Assembly (NCBI GenBank): GCA_034005145.1
Contig: JAVEVH010000003.1
Coordinates: 1-53,656, forward strand
Direction of reading: 5' to 3'
Length of the DNA: 53,656 nt
Origin: Candidatus Dojkabacteria bacterium
Lineage (GTDB): Bacteria; Patescibacteriota; Dojkabacteria; SC72
Position numbers and translations under genes: made by a program. Shown here piece by piece: positions 27,493 to 35,564 of this stretch. The notes under the pieces were generated by a model that was not told the origin of the DNA, did no database searches, and worked only from the letters and a program-made list of their open reading frames with translations. Position 1 is the stretch's first letter, and the number at the start of each line of letters is the position of its first letter.

Positions 27493-28095
27493 ATGGCACC
27501 ATATAATAGTGAGTTAGCTAAGAAGAATAGAGAGATCCTCTCTGATGAAGAAAGGGAAGCAGCATATTCTCTAATGGATTCTTTTCTATCTGATATAAAT
27601 AGTGATTTCCAAAAATACTATGATCATAGTTTCAATAATAGGGCAGAATTTATTGAATTTATGGAAGAGTTATTAGTTTTAAAGTATAGAGATTTAAAAA
27701 CACCTTTGAAGGTTGGTCAGAAAGAGGCTGAAATAAAGTCGGTAGTATGTACTCAGGAGTTCTATAAAATAGATAGCGTAGAGGGAGATGTAATAATTAA
27801 GCAGTTAGTCTCCTTCTCAAAGAAAGATTTAAAGTATTTTTCTGATATGGAGTTAGAAGAGGTTAGTATGGAATTGCCTCTTAAGATACCTGGAGAGCTA
27901 GAATTATCTAAAGAAATGATATTTTCTATCTTAGATGAGCAAAGTGCCTATTTATTAGCATATAATCAAGAAGATGCCCATTTTGTACCTTTAAAAGAAG
28001 AGCACCTTACGGGAAGATATTATACCCTTCTAGAGGCGACAATACCTAAGATAGATAATGGGTTGAAAGAGTATTTTGTTGATATAGAAGAGTAA
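27493..28095 (+). CDS. hypothetical protein (200 aa), paralog of the previous ORF
   Basis: The same three conserved blocks as 26981..27475. Acidic, with no recognisable family. Confidence 0.6.
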   Translation: MAPYNSELAKKNREILSDEEREAAYSLMDSFLSDINSDFQKYYDHSFNNRAEFIEFMEELLVLKYRDLKTPLKVGQKEAEIKSVVCTQEFYKIDSVEGDVIIKQLVSFSKKDLKYFSDMELEEVSMELPLKIPGELELSKEMIFSILDEQSAYLLAYNQEDAHFVPLKEEHLTGRYYTLLEATIPKIDNGLKEYFVDIEE

Positions 28096-28156
28096 AGGGC
28101 TATTAAATACTGTTTAAAGAAGTGTAAAGAAAGTCTTTAGAGTGTAAAATATACAT

Positions 28157-28645
28157 ATGAGAATACTAGGAATAGATCCAGGGTTAGCTATAGTAGGTTG
28201 GTCTATTGTAGATTTTGATAAAGATGGTGAACCAACCGCTATTGATTACGGAGCTATTACAACTGAAAAGGGTGAGAGTGTAGGTAATAGGCTGTCTGAG
28301 ATATATGATGATTTAAACTCCATTATTGAAGAGTTTAAACCTGATTACTGTGGTTTAGAGACACTACTTTTTTACAATAATGCTAAAACCGCTATTGTAG
28401 TTGGAGAGGCTAGGGGAGTAGTATTACTCTGTTTAGAAAAGAGTAATATTCCTGTACATGAGTTTACTCCACTACAGGTAAAAAGTAGTATATCAGGATA
28501 TGGTAAAGCTACTAAGGCACAGGTACAAGAGAATGTAAAAGTATATTTTAATTTGGATGAAATACCTAAACCTGATGATGTTGCTGATGCATTGGCTCTG
28601 TCAATTGCATGTTTTGATAGATTAAGAATGGATGAGTTAACTTAA
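28157..28645 (+). CDS. ruvC: Holliday junction resolvase RuvC
   Basis: MRILGIDPGLAIVGWSIV N-terminus and a C-terminal acidic catalytic block DDVADALALSI. Confidence 0.9.
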   Translation: MRILGIDPGLAIVGWSIVDFDKDGEPTAIDYGAITTEKGESVGNRLSEIYDDLNSIIEEFKPDYCGLETLLFYNNAKTAIVVGEARGVVLLCLEKSNIPVHEFTPLQVKSSISGYGKATKAQVQENVKVYFNLDEIPKPDDVADALALSIACFDRLRMDELT

Positions 28646-28665
28646 TATGGTAATATTGTTTAAGA

Positions 28666-29250
28666 ATGATTTCATATATATCTGGTAAAGTATCTAAGTG
28701 TAGTGTAGGGAAACTCAGTCATATTGAGGTACTACTCTCCTCTGGAATAGGGTATAGAGTGTATGTAACATCTCAATTTGAATTTAAAGAAGTTGGAACG
28801 GACATCTCTGTATATACTAGCTTTCAGGTAAGAGAGGAGAGTCAAACCTTGTATGGTTTTAATACCGAATTAGAAAGAGATTTCTTTGAAGAGCTACTTA
28901 CAGTCTCTGGTATTGGTCCTAAGTCTGCTCTCTCAATACTCTCTACATACAGTATGGAAAGAGTAAAAGAGATTGTATTGGAGGGTGATTCTAAATTACT
29001 TAGTAAAGTACCTGGATTAGGCCTTAAGGGTGCTCAAAAAGTAATATTAGAGTTAAGGGGTAAGATAGATTTTAGTAAAGAAGATGATGTAAGTAAGAGT
29101 GATATTAGATTAAAAGAGTTAAAAGAGGCTTTAAAGAGTTTAGGATTTAAGGGTAAGGATTTAGAAGAGAGTGTAGTAAGAGGGGGAGAGTTACTTAAAA
29201 AAGAGAATATAGAGATAGAGGTACTAATTAAAAAAGTATTAAGTCAGTAA
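28666..29250 (+). CDS. ruvA: Holliday junction branch migration protein RuvA
   Basis: MISYISGKV start, HhH region LLTVSGIGPKSALSIL ... VPGLGLKGAQKVILEL. Confidence 0.9.
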   Translation: MISYISGKVSKCSVGKLSHIEVLLSSGIGYRVYVTSQFEFKEVGTDISVYTSFQVREESQTLYGFNTELERDFFEELLTVSGIGPKSALSILSTYSMERVKEIVLEGDSKLLSKVPGLGLKGAQKVILELRGKIDFSKEDDVSKSDIRLKELKEALKSLGFKGKDLEESVVRGGELLKKENIEIEVLIKKVLSQ

Positions 29251-29251
29251 T

Positions 29252-30277
29252 ATGATTAAATCTAGTAAAAAAACAGAAGAGAAAAATCAACTCAAAAATA
29301 GTAGGGTAGTGGTTAGTAAGGAGATAGAGGAGGCAGAGCAAAAGATTAGGCCATCTAAGTTAGACGAGATGATTGGTAGAGGTCAGGAAAAGAAAACTAT
29401 TAAGATGATGATTAATTCTGCTAAACAGAGGGGAGAGGTAGTAGATCATGTACTCTTTTACGGTCCTCCTGGGCTTGGTAAGACTACCTTTGCACTCGCT
29501 ATAGCAAATGAGATAGGTTCCTCTATTAGGATTACGTCAGGGCCTGCTATAGAGAGACAGGGTGACCTAGCCGCTATACTTACCAACCTTAAAGAAAATG
29601 ATATCCTCTTTATCGATGAAATACATCGTTTATCTCGTGTAGTTGAGGAAATTTTGTACCCAGCTATGGAGGATAGAGCATTGGATATTGTAATGGGTAA
29701 GGGTCCTTCTGCTAAAACAATTAGACTTAATCTAGAACCTTTTACATTAATAGGTGCTACTACACAAATTGGAAAGATTAGTTCCCCTATGAGAGATAGG
29801 TTTGGGTTAATTCAGAGGTTAGATTTCTTTGGAAAAGAGGATATGGTAGAGATATTACAAAGAGCATGTAATCTATGGAGTATAGAGATAGATAGCGAGG
29901 CATTAGAATTACTCTCAGTAGGTTCTAGGGGTACTGCTAGAGTAGGTCTAAGATTACTTCGAAGAGTTAGAGATTTTGCTCAGAGTAATAATAAGAGTGT
30001 AGTAGATAGTGATACTGTCAAAAGTACAATGGAATTACTTGGTATAGATGATATGGGTTTAGAGGGCATAGATAGAGAGATACTTAGGGTAATATATAAG
30101 AACTTTGATGGAGGTCCAGTAGGTGTATCTACATTAGCAGCAAGTATATCAGAAGAGATTTCTACAGTACTTGATGTACATGAGCCTTACCTTATGAAGT
30201 GTGGTTTGATTAAGAGAACTTCTAGGGGGAGAGTTTTAACCTCAAAGGGTATAAAATATACAGAAAATATATTATGA
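29252..30277 (+). CDS. ruvB: Holliday junction branch migration ATPase RuvB
   Basis: RPSKLDEMIGR, Walker A GPPGLGKTT, Walker B ILFIDEIHRL, then GTARVGLRLLRRVRDF. Confidence 0.95.
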   Translation: MIKSSKKTEEKNQLKNSRVVVSKEIEEAEQKIRPSKLDEMIGRGQEKKTIKMMINSAKQRGEVVDHVLFYGPPGLGKTTFALAIANEIGSSIRITSGPAIERQGDLAAILTNLKENDILFIDEIHRLSRVVEEILYPAMEDRALDIVMGKGPSAKTIRLNLEPFTLIGATTQIGKISSPMRDRFGLIQRLDFFGKEDMVEILQRACNLWSIEIDSEALELLSVGSRGTARVGLRLLRRVRDFAQSNNKSVVDSDTVKSTMELLGIDDMGLEGIDREILRVIYKNFDGGPVGVSTLAASISEEISTVLDVHEPYLMKCGLIKRTSRGRVLTSKGIKYTENIL

Positions 30278-31101
30278 CAAATGAAAGGGTAGTAATAAAA
30301 AATGAAGATTCAGTAAAAAGAGGTAAGCTAATAGCTCTTTCCTTCTTTATTGCACTCTCTGTATTTGTACAAACTATAATGAAGATAGAGGATCAGAGTT
30401 TACTTAGAACAGTAATAACCTCTTCTGTATATTTAGTTATGACTTTTTTAGGATTAATATGGGCATTTAATTTCCAAGTAAAGATAAGGTCTTTACCTTT
30501 TCTTCTACACAGCTCTTTATTCGTAATGTCCGAATACCTCTTTATACAACTCTTCTTCGCTCAGAAGTTTAATCGTATATATGAAGGTATTCTTCTTTTA
30601 ATTCTAGTTGGTTTAATATTTGTAGGAACATATGTTAGTTTTCTAATGTCTAATGTATTTAATGTAAACCTTTATAAAGAGATTCCTTTAGTACATGTAG
30701 GTAGAACTACTTCATACATTATTTCTACCTTAACTATGTTCTTTACGATATTTGGATTACTTTCATTACAGTTACCTGTATATATTCTTCTTCCTTTAAT
30801 ACTTCTGGTTGCTGTATTCCTTTCCTTTATTCATCTTAAAAATCTAGGTTATGAGGGTTTACTATTATCTAGAAAAACATTACTAGTCTCTGTATTAGTA
30901 TTCTTTATGTTTTTGGGATCATTTCTAGCAGGTATAGTTCATGAGCTTTCAGCTATAGCTCCTACGGTAGGGTACTTTGCTGGTATAGGGATAGCTAATA
31001 TTAAGAGTAATAAAACGGGTTTTAATTGGGAAATACTTTTATATATTTTTGCATTAATAGCAGTTATTTTCCTAAATCTTTTTTTGAACATTTTTGCATA
31101 G
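30274..31101 (+). CDS. polytopic membrane protein of unknown function
   Basis: ATGA overlap with the ruvB stop and about 7-8 hydrophobic helices. No family recognised. Confidence 0.6.
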   Translation: MTNERVVIKNEDSVKRGKLIALSFFIALSVFVQTIMKIEDQSLLRTVITSSVYLVMTFLGLIWAFNFQVKIRSLPFLLHSSLFVMSEYLFIQLFFAQKFNRIYEGILLLILVGLIFVGTYVSFLMSNVFNVNLYKEIPLVHVGRTTSYIISTLTMFFTIFGLLSLQLPVYILLPLILLVAVFLSFIHLKNLGYEGLLLSRKTLLVSVLVFFMFLGSFLAGIVHELSAIAPTVGYFAGIGIANIKSNKTGFNWEILLYIFALIAVIFLNLFLNIFA

Positions 31102-31108
31102 CTATTAG

Positions 31109-31527
31109 AAAGTAGGGGAGTAGGGCCCTATAGCAAGAAAAGGCCCATAGTTTCACACGTCTTATAGTAATATCACTGTGGATAACTTAGTGCTAATACA
31201 TTTTTAAATAGGTACATATATTAGAGTAGATATTTAGAAGTTTAAATTATTACTGTGTGAGGTATGTACTTAGTGGTGGAGTACTATCCCCTATGTTGCA
31301 ATATGTTATGATTTTCTATAATATATAACCGAGTATAATCATCCTTATATGCGGTCTTATGTATGTAAGAGCTCAGAAGTACTTATTATTAAAGTTTTTT
31401 TATTAATTTAAAATAGATTAAATAATTGAATATATTAAAATATTTTAAAAATATATTTCTTTATATATTTCCCCATATCCCCTATATATATTGTACCTAT
31501 GAGAAAAATTCTAAAGTCCCCTACTTT
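31109..31527. repeat. noncoding spacer bounded by an 11-bp inverted repeat and carrying a TCCCCTA heptamer array
   Basis: AAAGTAGGGGA (31109..31119) against TCCCCTACTTT (31517..31527). TATCCCCTAT occurs at 31285..31294 and 31476..31485. That gives four TCCCCTA copies (three direct, one inverted) in an AT-rich spacer. Confidence 0.55.
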
Positions 31528-31560
31528 GATTTTAATTTTTTAAAAGCTTAGTATATATAT

Positions 31561-32967
31561 ATGAAGAACCGATTAGAGAATATACCTAAATTACCGCAGC
31601 AGGATAAGTATCTTTTGTACTTACAGAATAATGCTTACAGTATTCAAACCATACTTAATTATGCACGTGATCTTTCAATATTTAGTGTATATTTACATTT
31701 CAATAATATTGATTTCAAAAATCTTACTAAAGAGGAAGTTTCAAATTACAAAGGGTACCTGTCTAGTGGTAATCATTTGAAAGATTTAGATAGAATTAGG
31801 GAAAAATGCATAGAAAAGGCTTTACCTACAACAAAAGGAAAAGATGAAGCTCCTAGAGGCTCAGGAAAGATATCGAAAATTTCTACTGGTATGAATACAC
31901 CTGTAGATGAATCTGAAAATATCATTGAGGACTTGAATGAGACTTCGCAGGTATATGAGGATGACTTCCTAACCAAAATCTACGGTAAGGTGTATGGGTC
32001 ATTGGGTATACTTCAAAGACCATTAAATTCCAGAGCAAGAAGTACGAATGGTTTGGATGTTAGAAGTATAAATAGGATGTTGTCTGCTTTGAGGTCATAT
32101 TTAAAGTTTAGAATTGAATGGGATTTAGATATTCCAATTCCTCCTGATAGTGTTAAGATGGTTAAGGCAGATAAGAAGACTAAAAAGGTTGCTTCTTTAG
32201 AAGATTTAACTAGATTAATAGAGGCTCCTATGGAATTTGAAAAAGATGAGAAGGTAGCACTTAGAAATAGATGTATGTTAGAGATGCTTTTTGCTACAGG
32301 TATGCGTATATCTGAGTTAATTGGTCTTAATATTAATCAATTAAATACCCAAGGTAGACTATATATAACCGGTAAGGGTAAGAAAGAAAGAGCTGTATTT
32401 ATGACTCAAAGATCTCTAGGATGGTTGAATAAGTATTTGAGATTGAGGCTAGAGTATGCTTTTTCAGATAGGAAAAAGGAGGAGCAACCAGGTATTGTAG
32501 ATGAATTATTTACGGATTTAGGTATAGAAAAAGATAAACAGCGTGAAACATCTGAAGATATTTCACATTCAGAGGGTTTAAATTTAGAAGTTTTTGATAG
32601 TGAGAATAGGAAGTATATTAGATTAATAGAGGAGTATAGGAAGAATAAGTTTTTAGATAAATTTGACTCCCCTGCCCTATTCATCCCTTTTGTAGGAAGT
32701 AGGAGTAGAAAACCTAATGCAAGGATATCTACAAACTATTTTCAAGAAAAGATAGCGGATTATAGAAGAAGATTAGGAATACAGATACCTACCTCAGCAC
32801 ACAGTTTAAGACACGGTTTTGCAACATATATGGCAGAAGATGGTGCTAGTGCAGTAGCACTTCAAATACTTCTTGGTCATGAGAGCTTAGAAACAACTAC
32901 TAAGTATGTACATGCAAGCGAAAAGTTCGCAGAAGAGACTGTAAAAAAGAATCATCCTTTAAAGTAG
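31561..32967 (+). CDS. XerC/XerD-like tyrosine recombinase with two large insertions
   Basis: N-terminal SAM-like ARDLSIFSVYL. Catalytic blocks ATGMRISEL (R), GKGKKER (K), HSLRHGFAT (H-x-x-R), LLGHES (H) and TKYVH (Y). It is 468 aa against ~300 for typical Xer proteins. Confidence 0.8.
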   Translation: MKNRLENIPKLPQQDKYLLYLQNNAYSIQTILNYARDLSIFSVYLHFNNIDFKNLTKEEVSNYKGYLSSGNHLKDLDRIREKCIEKALPTTKGKDEAPRGSGKISKISTGMNTPVDESENIIEDLNETSQVYEDDFLTKIYGKVYGSLGILQRPLNSRARSTNGLDVRSINRMLSALRSYLKFRIEWDLDIPIPPDSVKMVKADKKTKKVASLEDLTRLIEAPMEFEKDEKVALRNRCMLEMLFATGMRISELIGLNINQLNTQGRLYITGKGKKERAVFMTQRSLGWLNKYLRLRLEYAFSDRKKEEQPGIVDELFTDLGIEKDKQRETSEDISHSEGLNLEVFDSENRKYIRLIEEYRKNKFLDKFDSPALFIPFVGSRSRKPNARISTNYFQEKIADYRRRLGIQIPTSAHSLRHGFATYMAEDGASAVALQILLGHESLETTTKYVHASEKFAEETVKKNHPLK

Positions 32968-33402
32968 TTATTCACTACTTAGTGCTTCTTGTATCTTTTG
33001 AGCATCAGGATCATCCATATTAGACTGTACTGCAGCTACTGCTGTAGGGTCCCCCTGGTTATATCTATCTAAAAGATCTTTACTTTTCTTAGTCATCTCT
33101 ATCGTATCTTTTAGATATTGGTTAAGTAATTCTAATTTCTTTGTCTCAGCATTCTCTCCATATGCAGTTATAAATACCTTATTCATTTTCTCAATAGCTT
33201 CTTCCTCTGTAGAGGGAGGTGTTTGAAGTAGATTTGCTAATTCTTCTAAAGCTGTATCATCCTCTAATTGCTCTAATGAAGTTACAGCAATATCTAATAC
33301 TTCTTCTGTAGCTAATACTAGTAATTCATCCAACTTATCTTGAGTAAATCCTAAATCCATTAATTCTTGTTTTAATGTTTCAAATTCTGTCTTAGGGTCC
33401 AT
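32968..33402 (-). CDS. acidic helical hypothetical protein (144 aa)
   Basis: ORF immediately downstream of the 664-aa gene on the same strand. Very D/E-rich. Its stop codon abuts the recombinase stop. Confidence 0.55.
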   Translation of the reverse strand: MDPKTEFETLKQELMDLGFTQDKLDELLVLATEEVLDIAVTSLEQLEDDTALEELANLLQTPPSTEEEAIEKMNKVFITAYGENAETKKLELLNQYLKDTIEMTKKSKDLLDRYNQGDPTAVAAVQSNMDDPDAQKIQEALSSE

Positions 33403-33423
33403 TTTTGTTTAATAAAAGTTTAT

Positions 33424-35418
33424 TTATTTAATCATATTTATTAAATTCTGAGCACCTGGTGTATTCATATCGGTTAAAATTTCAACCAAGGATGGATTAG
33501 GATTACCCATTTGTATTGCATCTACAAAGGAGTTTAGTAATCTATGAGTACCACTTGTACCTAAGTTCTCTAAAAGAGCAGATCTAGTTATTCCTGCATT
33601 TTGGAGAGCTGTTTCTGCTAAATGAGGTGCCATTTCGTGTACTCCTCCTACAAAGTTACTATGATTTGCAATTCCTCCTGGAAGATCTCCTGCAGGAGCA
33701 TTTGCTAAATTACCATTCCATGCACTTCCTGGTAAATCAACTCTACCATTTGAAGTTAAAACATTCTCTGTTAATGGTTCAGGTGACATTAAAGTCTCAG
33801 AACCACCACCTACATTAGTAATATTCTCTGCAGAGGAACCGCCACTTAGAGGTGTTTCAGGTGCATTTGATTGTGCTACGGCATCTGCATGTGTAGTAGT
33901 TGCGATATTCTCAGTTCCCTGTGTTGCTCCCATCTGTTCTATTATACTTTGGCCTCCCATAAAGAGTGATCTAAATGCTAGGCTACCACCGAATCCAACC
34001 ATAAAGCCTCTTATAAAGGGTTGTACATATCCTATTCCTGTCCTTATCTTGTTTACTCTATTTAATCTCCTTTCTAATACTTCTTTCCTTGCTTGGTCTG
34101 TTTCAGCTTCAATTCTTCTTGTTAAGCTTTGACTGTTTCTTCTGAGTACATAGTCAGTTCCACTGGTTAATATATTAGCTCCAATTAAAGCAGCACCAAC
34201 TGGTAAAGCAGCTGTGGAAGCAATCATAAGTCCAGTTCCTACTCCTGTAACTCCACCCGCAACTCCAGCAATTATTTTTGCTCTCCTAATATTTCTCTCT
34301 CTTCTTTCTCTATCCCTGTCATTTTCTTCTGGATTTGGTTCTGGTTCCGGTGTTGGCTCTGGTGTTGGTTCTGGCTCTGGTTCTGGTGTTGGCTCCGGTG
34401 TTGGTTCTGGCTCCGGTTCTGGTGTTGGCTCCGGTGTTGGTTCTGGCTCTGTAAGTTTTCTAATAGCTTCCCTTAAAGCAGCTATTTCTTCTCTTAAAGA
34501 ATCTAATTCATTATGTAAACTAGTAATTTCATCATCAGCTTTAGCCTTCTCCTTATAGATATCTTCATTTGCAAAGAATGTTCTACCTGTATTTGATAAA
34601 GGAGCATTTGCTGGGAATCCTTCATTAGCTTTCCTATTTGAATCTAATGCCTCTTGATGTAGGGCATCTCTTTTAGCCTTCTCTGCTATCTCATCCTGCC
34701 TAGCAAAGAAATCCTTACCATTATCAGACATAGGTTTCAGATTATTAAAACCCTCATTTGCTTCTTTATTAGAATCTAATGCTTCTTGATGTAAGGCATC
34801 CCTTTTTGCATCTTGTGCTATTTGATCCTGTCTAGCAAAGAAATCCTTACCATTATCAGACATAGGTTTTAAAGGTTTAAATCCTTCATTAGCCTTCTTA
34901 TTAGAATCTAAAGCATCTTGATGTAGTTCATCTTTTTTAAATCTATTGGCCTCATCTTGTGGCATTATTTCAGAAAGAGAAGAGGAAAAATTTTGACCTT
35001 TCAAATCTTTAGAAATGGCATCTTGGTCACTTAATGCCTGTTTCCCTTCTTGAGAAAGAGAACCTACATCATTACTTTTAGGAGCATCTTGAAATTTACC
35101 ATATCTTTTTGCATCTTCATCACTCATAGCTTGATCAAAGCTTTTAAAATTCTCTTTAATTTTATCAGGCTTCTCCCAATAGTTTTGTTTTACAACTCTC
35201 TCATTACTATTCTCTTCAATAGGAGGTTTTGTAGTATCTTGGTTGTTAGGAGTACTTTCCTGAGATGTTGCTACTGGTTGATTTTGGGTAGCCATTAACT
35301 TCTCCTCTGAATCTAATTCATCAAATACATTAGTAGAAGGCTGTGCTAGTGTAACAGGAGTATCAACATTTTTTTCAGAGCTTTCCCCTTTATTAAACAT
35401 ATTATCTAAGAAAGACAT
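33424..35418 (-). CDS. repeat-rich membrane protein (664 aa) of unknown function
   Basis: No signal peptide. Three ~44-aa repeats (ALHQEALDSN.KANEGF ... FFA), a coiled-coil stretch, an (EPTP/EPEP)n linker and an RDRERRERNIRRAK basic patch. Gly-rich TM helices and a ~200-aa C-terminal domain follow. Confidence 0.7.
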   Translation of the reverse strand: MSFLDNMFNKGESSEKNVDTPVTLAQPSTNVFDELDSEEKLMATQNQPVATSQESTPNNQDTTKPPIEENSNERVVKQNYWEKPDKIKENFKSFDQAMSDEDAKRYGKFQDAPKSNDVGSLSQEGKQALSDQDAISKDLKGQNFSSSLSEIMPQDEANRFKKDELHQDALDSNKKANEGFKPLKPMSDNGKDFFARQDQIAQDAKRDALHQEALDSNKEANEGFNNLKPMSDNGKDFFARQDEIAEKAKRDALHQEALDSNRKANEGFPANAPLSNTGRTFFANEDIYKEKAKADDEITSLHNELDSLREEIAALREAIRKLTEPEPTPEPTPEPEPEPTPEPTPEPEPEPTPEPTPEPEPNPEENDRDRERRERNIRRAKIIAGVAGGVTGVGTGLMIASTAALPVGAALIGANILTSGTDYVLRRNSQSLTRRIEAETDQARKEVLERRLNRVNKIRTGIGYVQPFIRGFMVGFGGSLAFRSLFMGGQSIIEQMGATQGTENIATTTHADAVAQSNAPETPLSGGSSAENITNVGGGSETLMSPEPLTENVLTSNGRVDLPGSAWNGNLANAPAGDLPGGIANHSNFVGGVHEMAPHLAETALQNAGITRSALLENLGTSGTHRLLNSFVDAIQMGNPNPSLVEILTDMNTPGAQNLINMIK
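34331..34451 (-). repeat. 36-bp tandem repeat (about 3.3 units) encoding the PEPT linker
   Basis: The unit GGTTCTGGCTC(C/T)GGTTCTGGTGTTGGCTCCGGTGTT repeats in frame. It translates on the - strand to TPEPTPEPEPEP. Confidence 0.85.
34540..34941 (-). repeat. three ~132-bp tandem coding repeats
   Basis: Protein repeats cover about residues 160-293. Units 1 and 2 share an identical 38-nt DNA stretch CTAGCAAAGAAATCCTTACCATTATCAGACATAGGTTT (near 34700 and 34832). Confidence 0.8.
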
Positions 35419-35564
35419 AATTGGTATATTAGTAAGATTAAATTCTAAATTCTTACCTAAAAAAAGTATAGGCAGATTTCTATTACTAGATTAATATTTA
35501 AAGTATTTAATGTCAATATAAAATAATCGTAGAAATATGTACATTTTTGATATACTATCTATAT

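Noticed and set aside
30274-30277. An alternative genetic code (UGA recoding), as in some CPR lineages.
   Set aside because: TGA terminates well-defined genes (the ruvB ATGA overlap and the 46011..46235 ORF). Conserved proteins translate to full length under the standard code.
31177-31185. A perfect DnaA box (TGTGGATAA, reverse complement TTATCCACA) plus a nearby AT-rich tract, considered as oriC.
   Set aside because: I found only one box, and about 0.6 perfect boxes are expected by chance in the window. There is no dnaA or dnaN nearby, and gene orientation converges here rather than diverges. I kept it only as a note within the spacer finding.
31314-31330. A dif-like sequence TTCTATAATATATAACC.
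   Set aside because: It matches only the left arm and central region of the Firmicute-type dif as I recall it. The right arm does not match, and such a match is easy to get in AT-rich DNA.
34214-34558. The + strand ORF encoding a GSGVGS repeat.
   Set aside because: It is the antisense shadow of the PEPT linker inside the 664-aa - strand gene.
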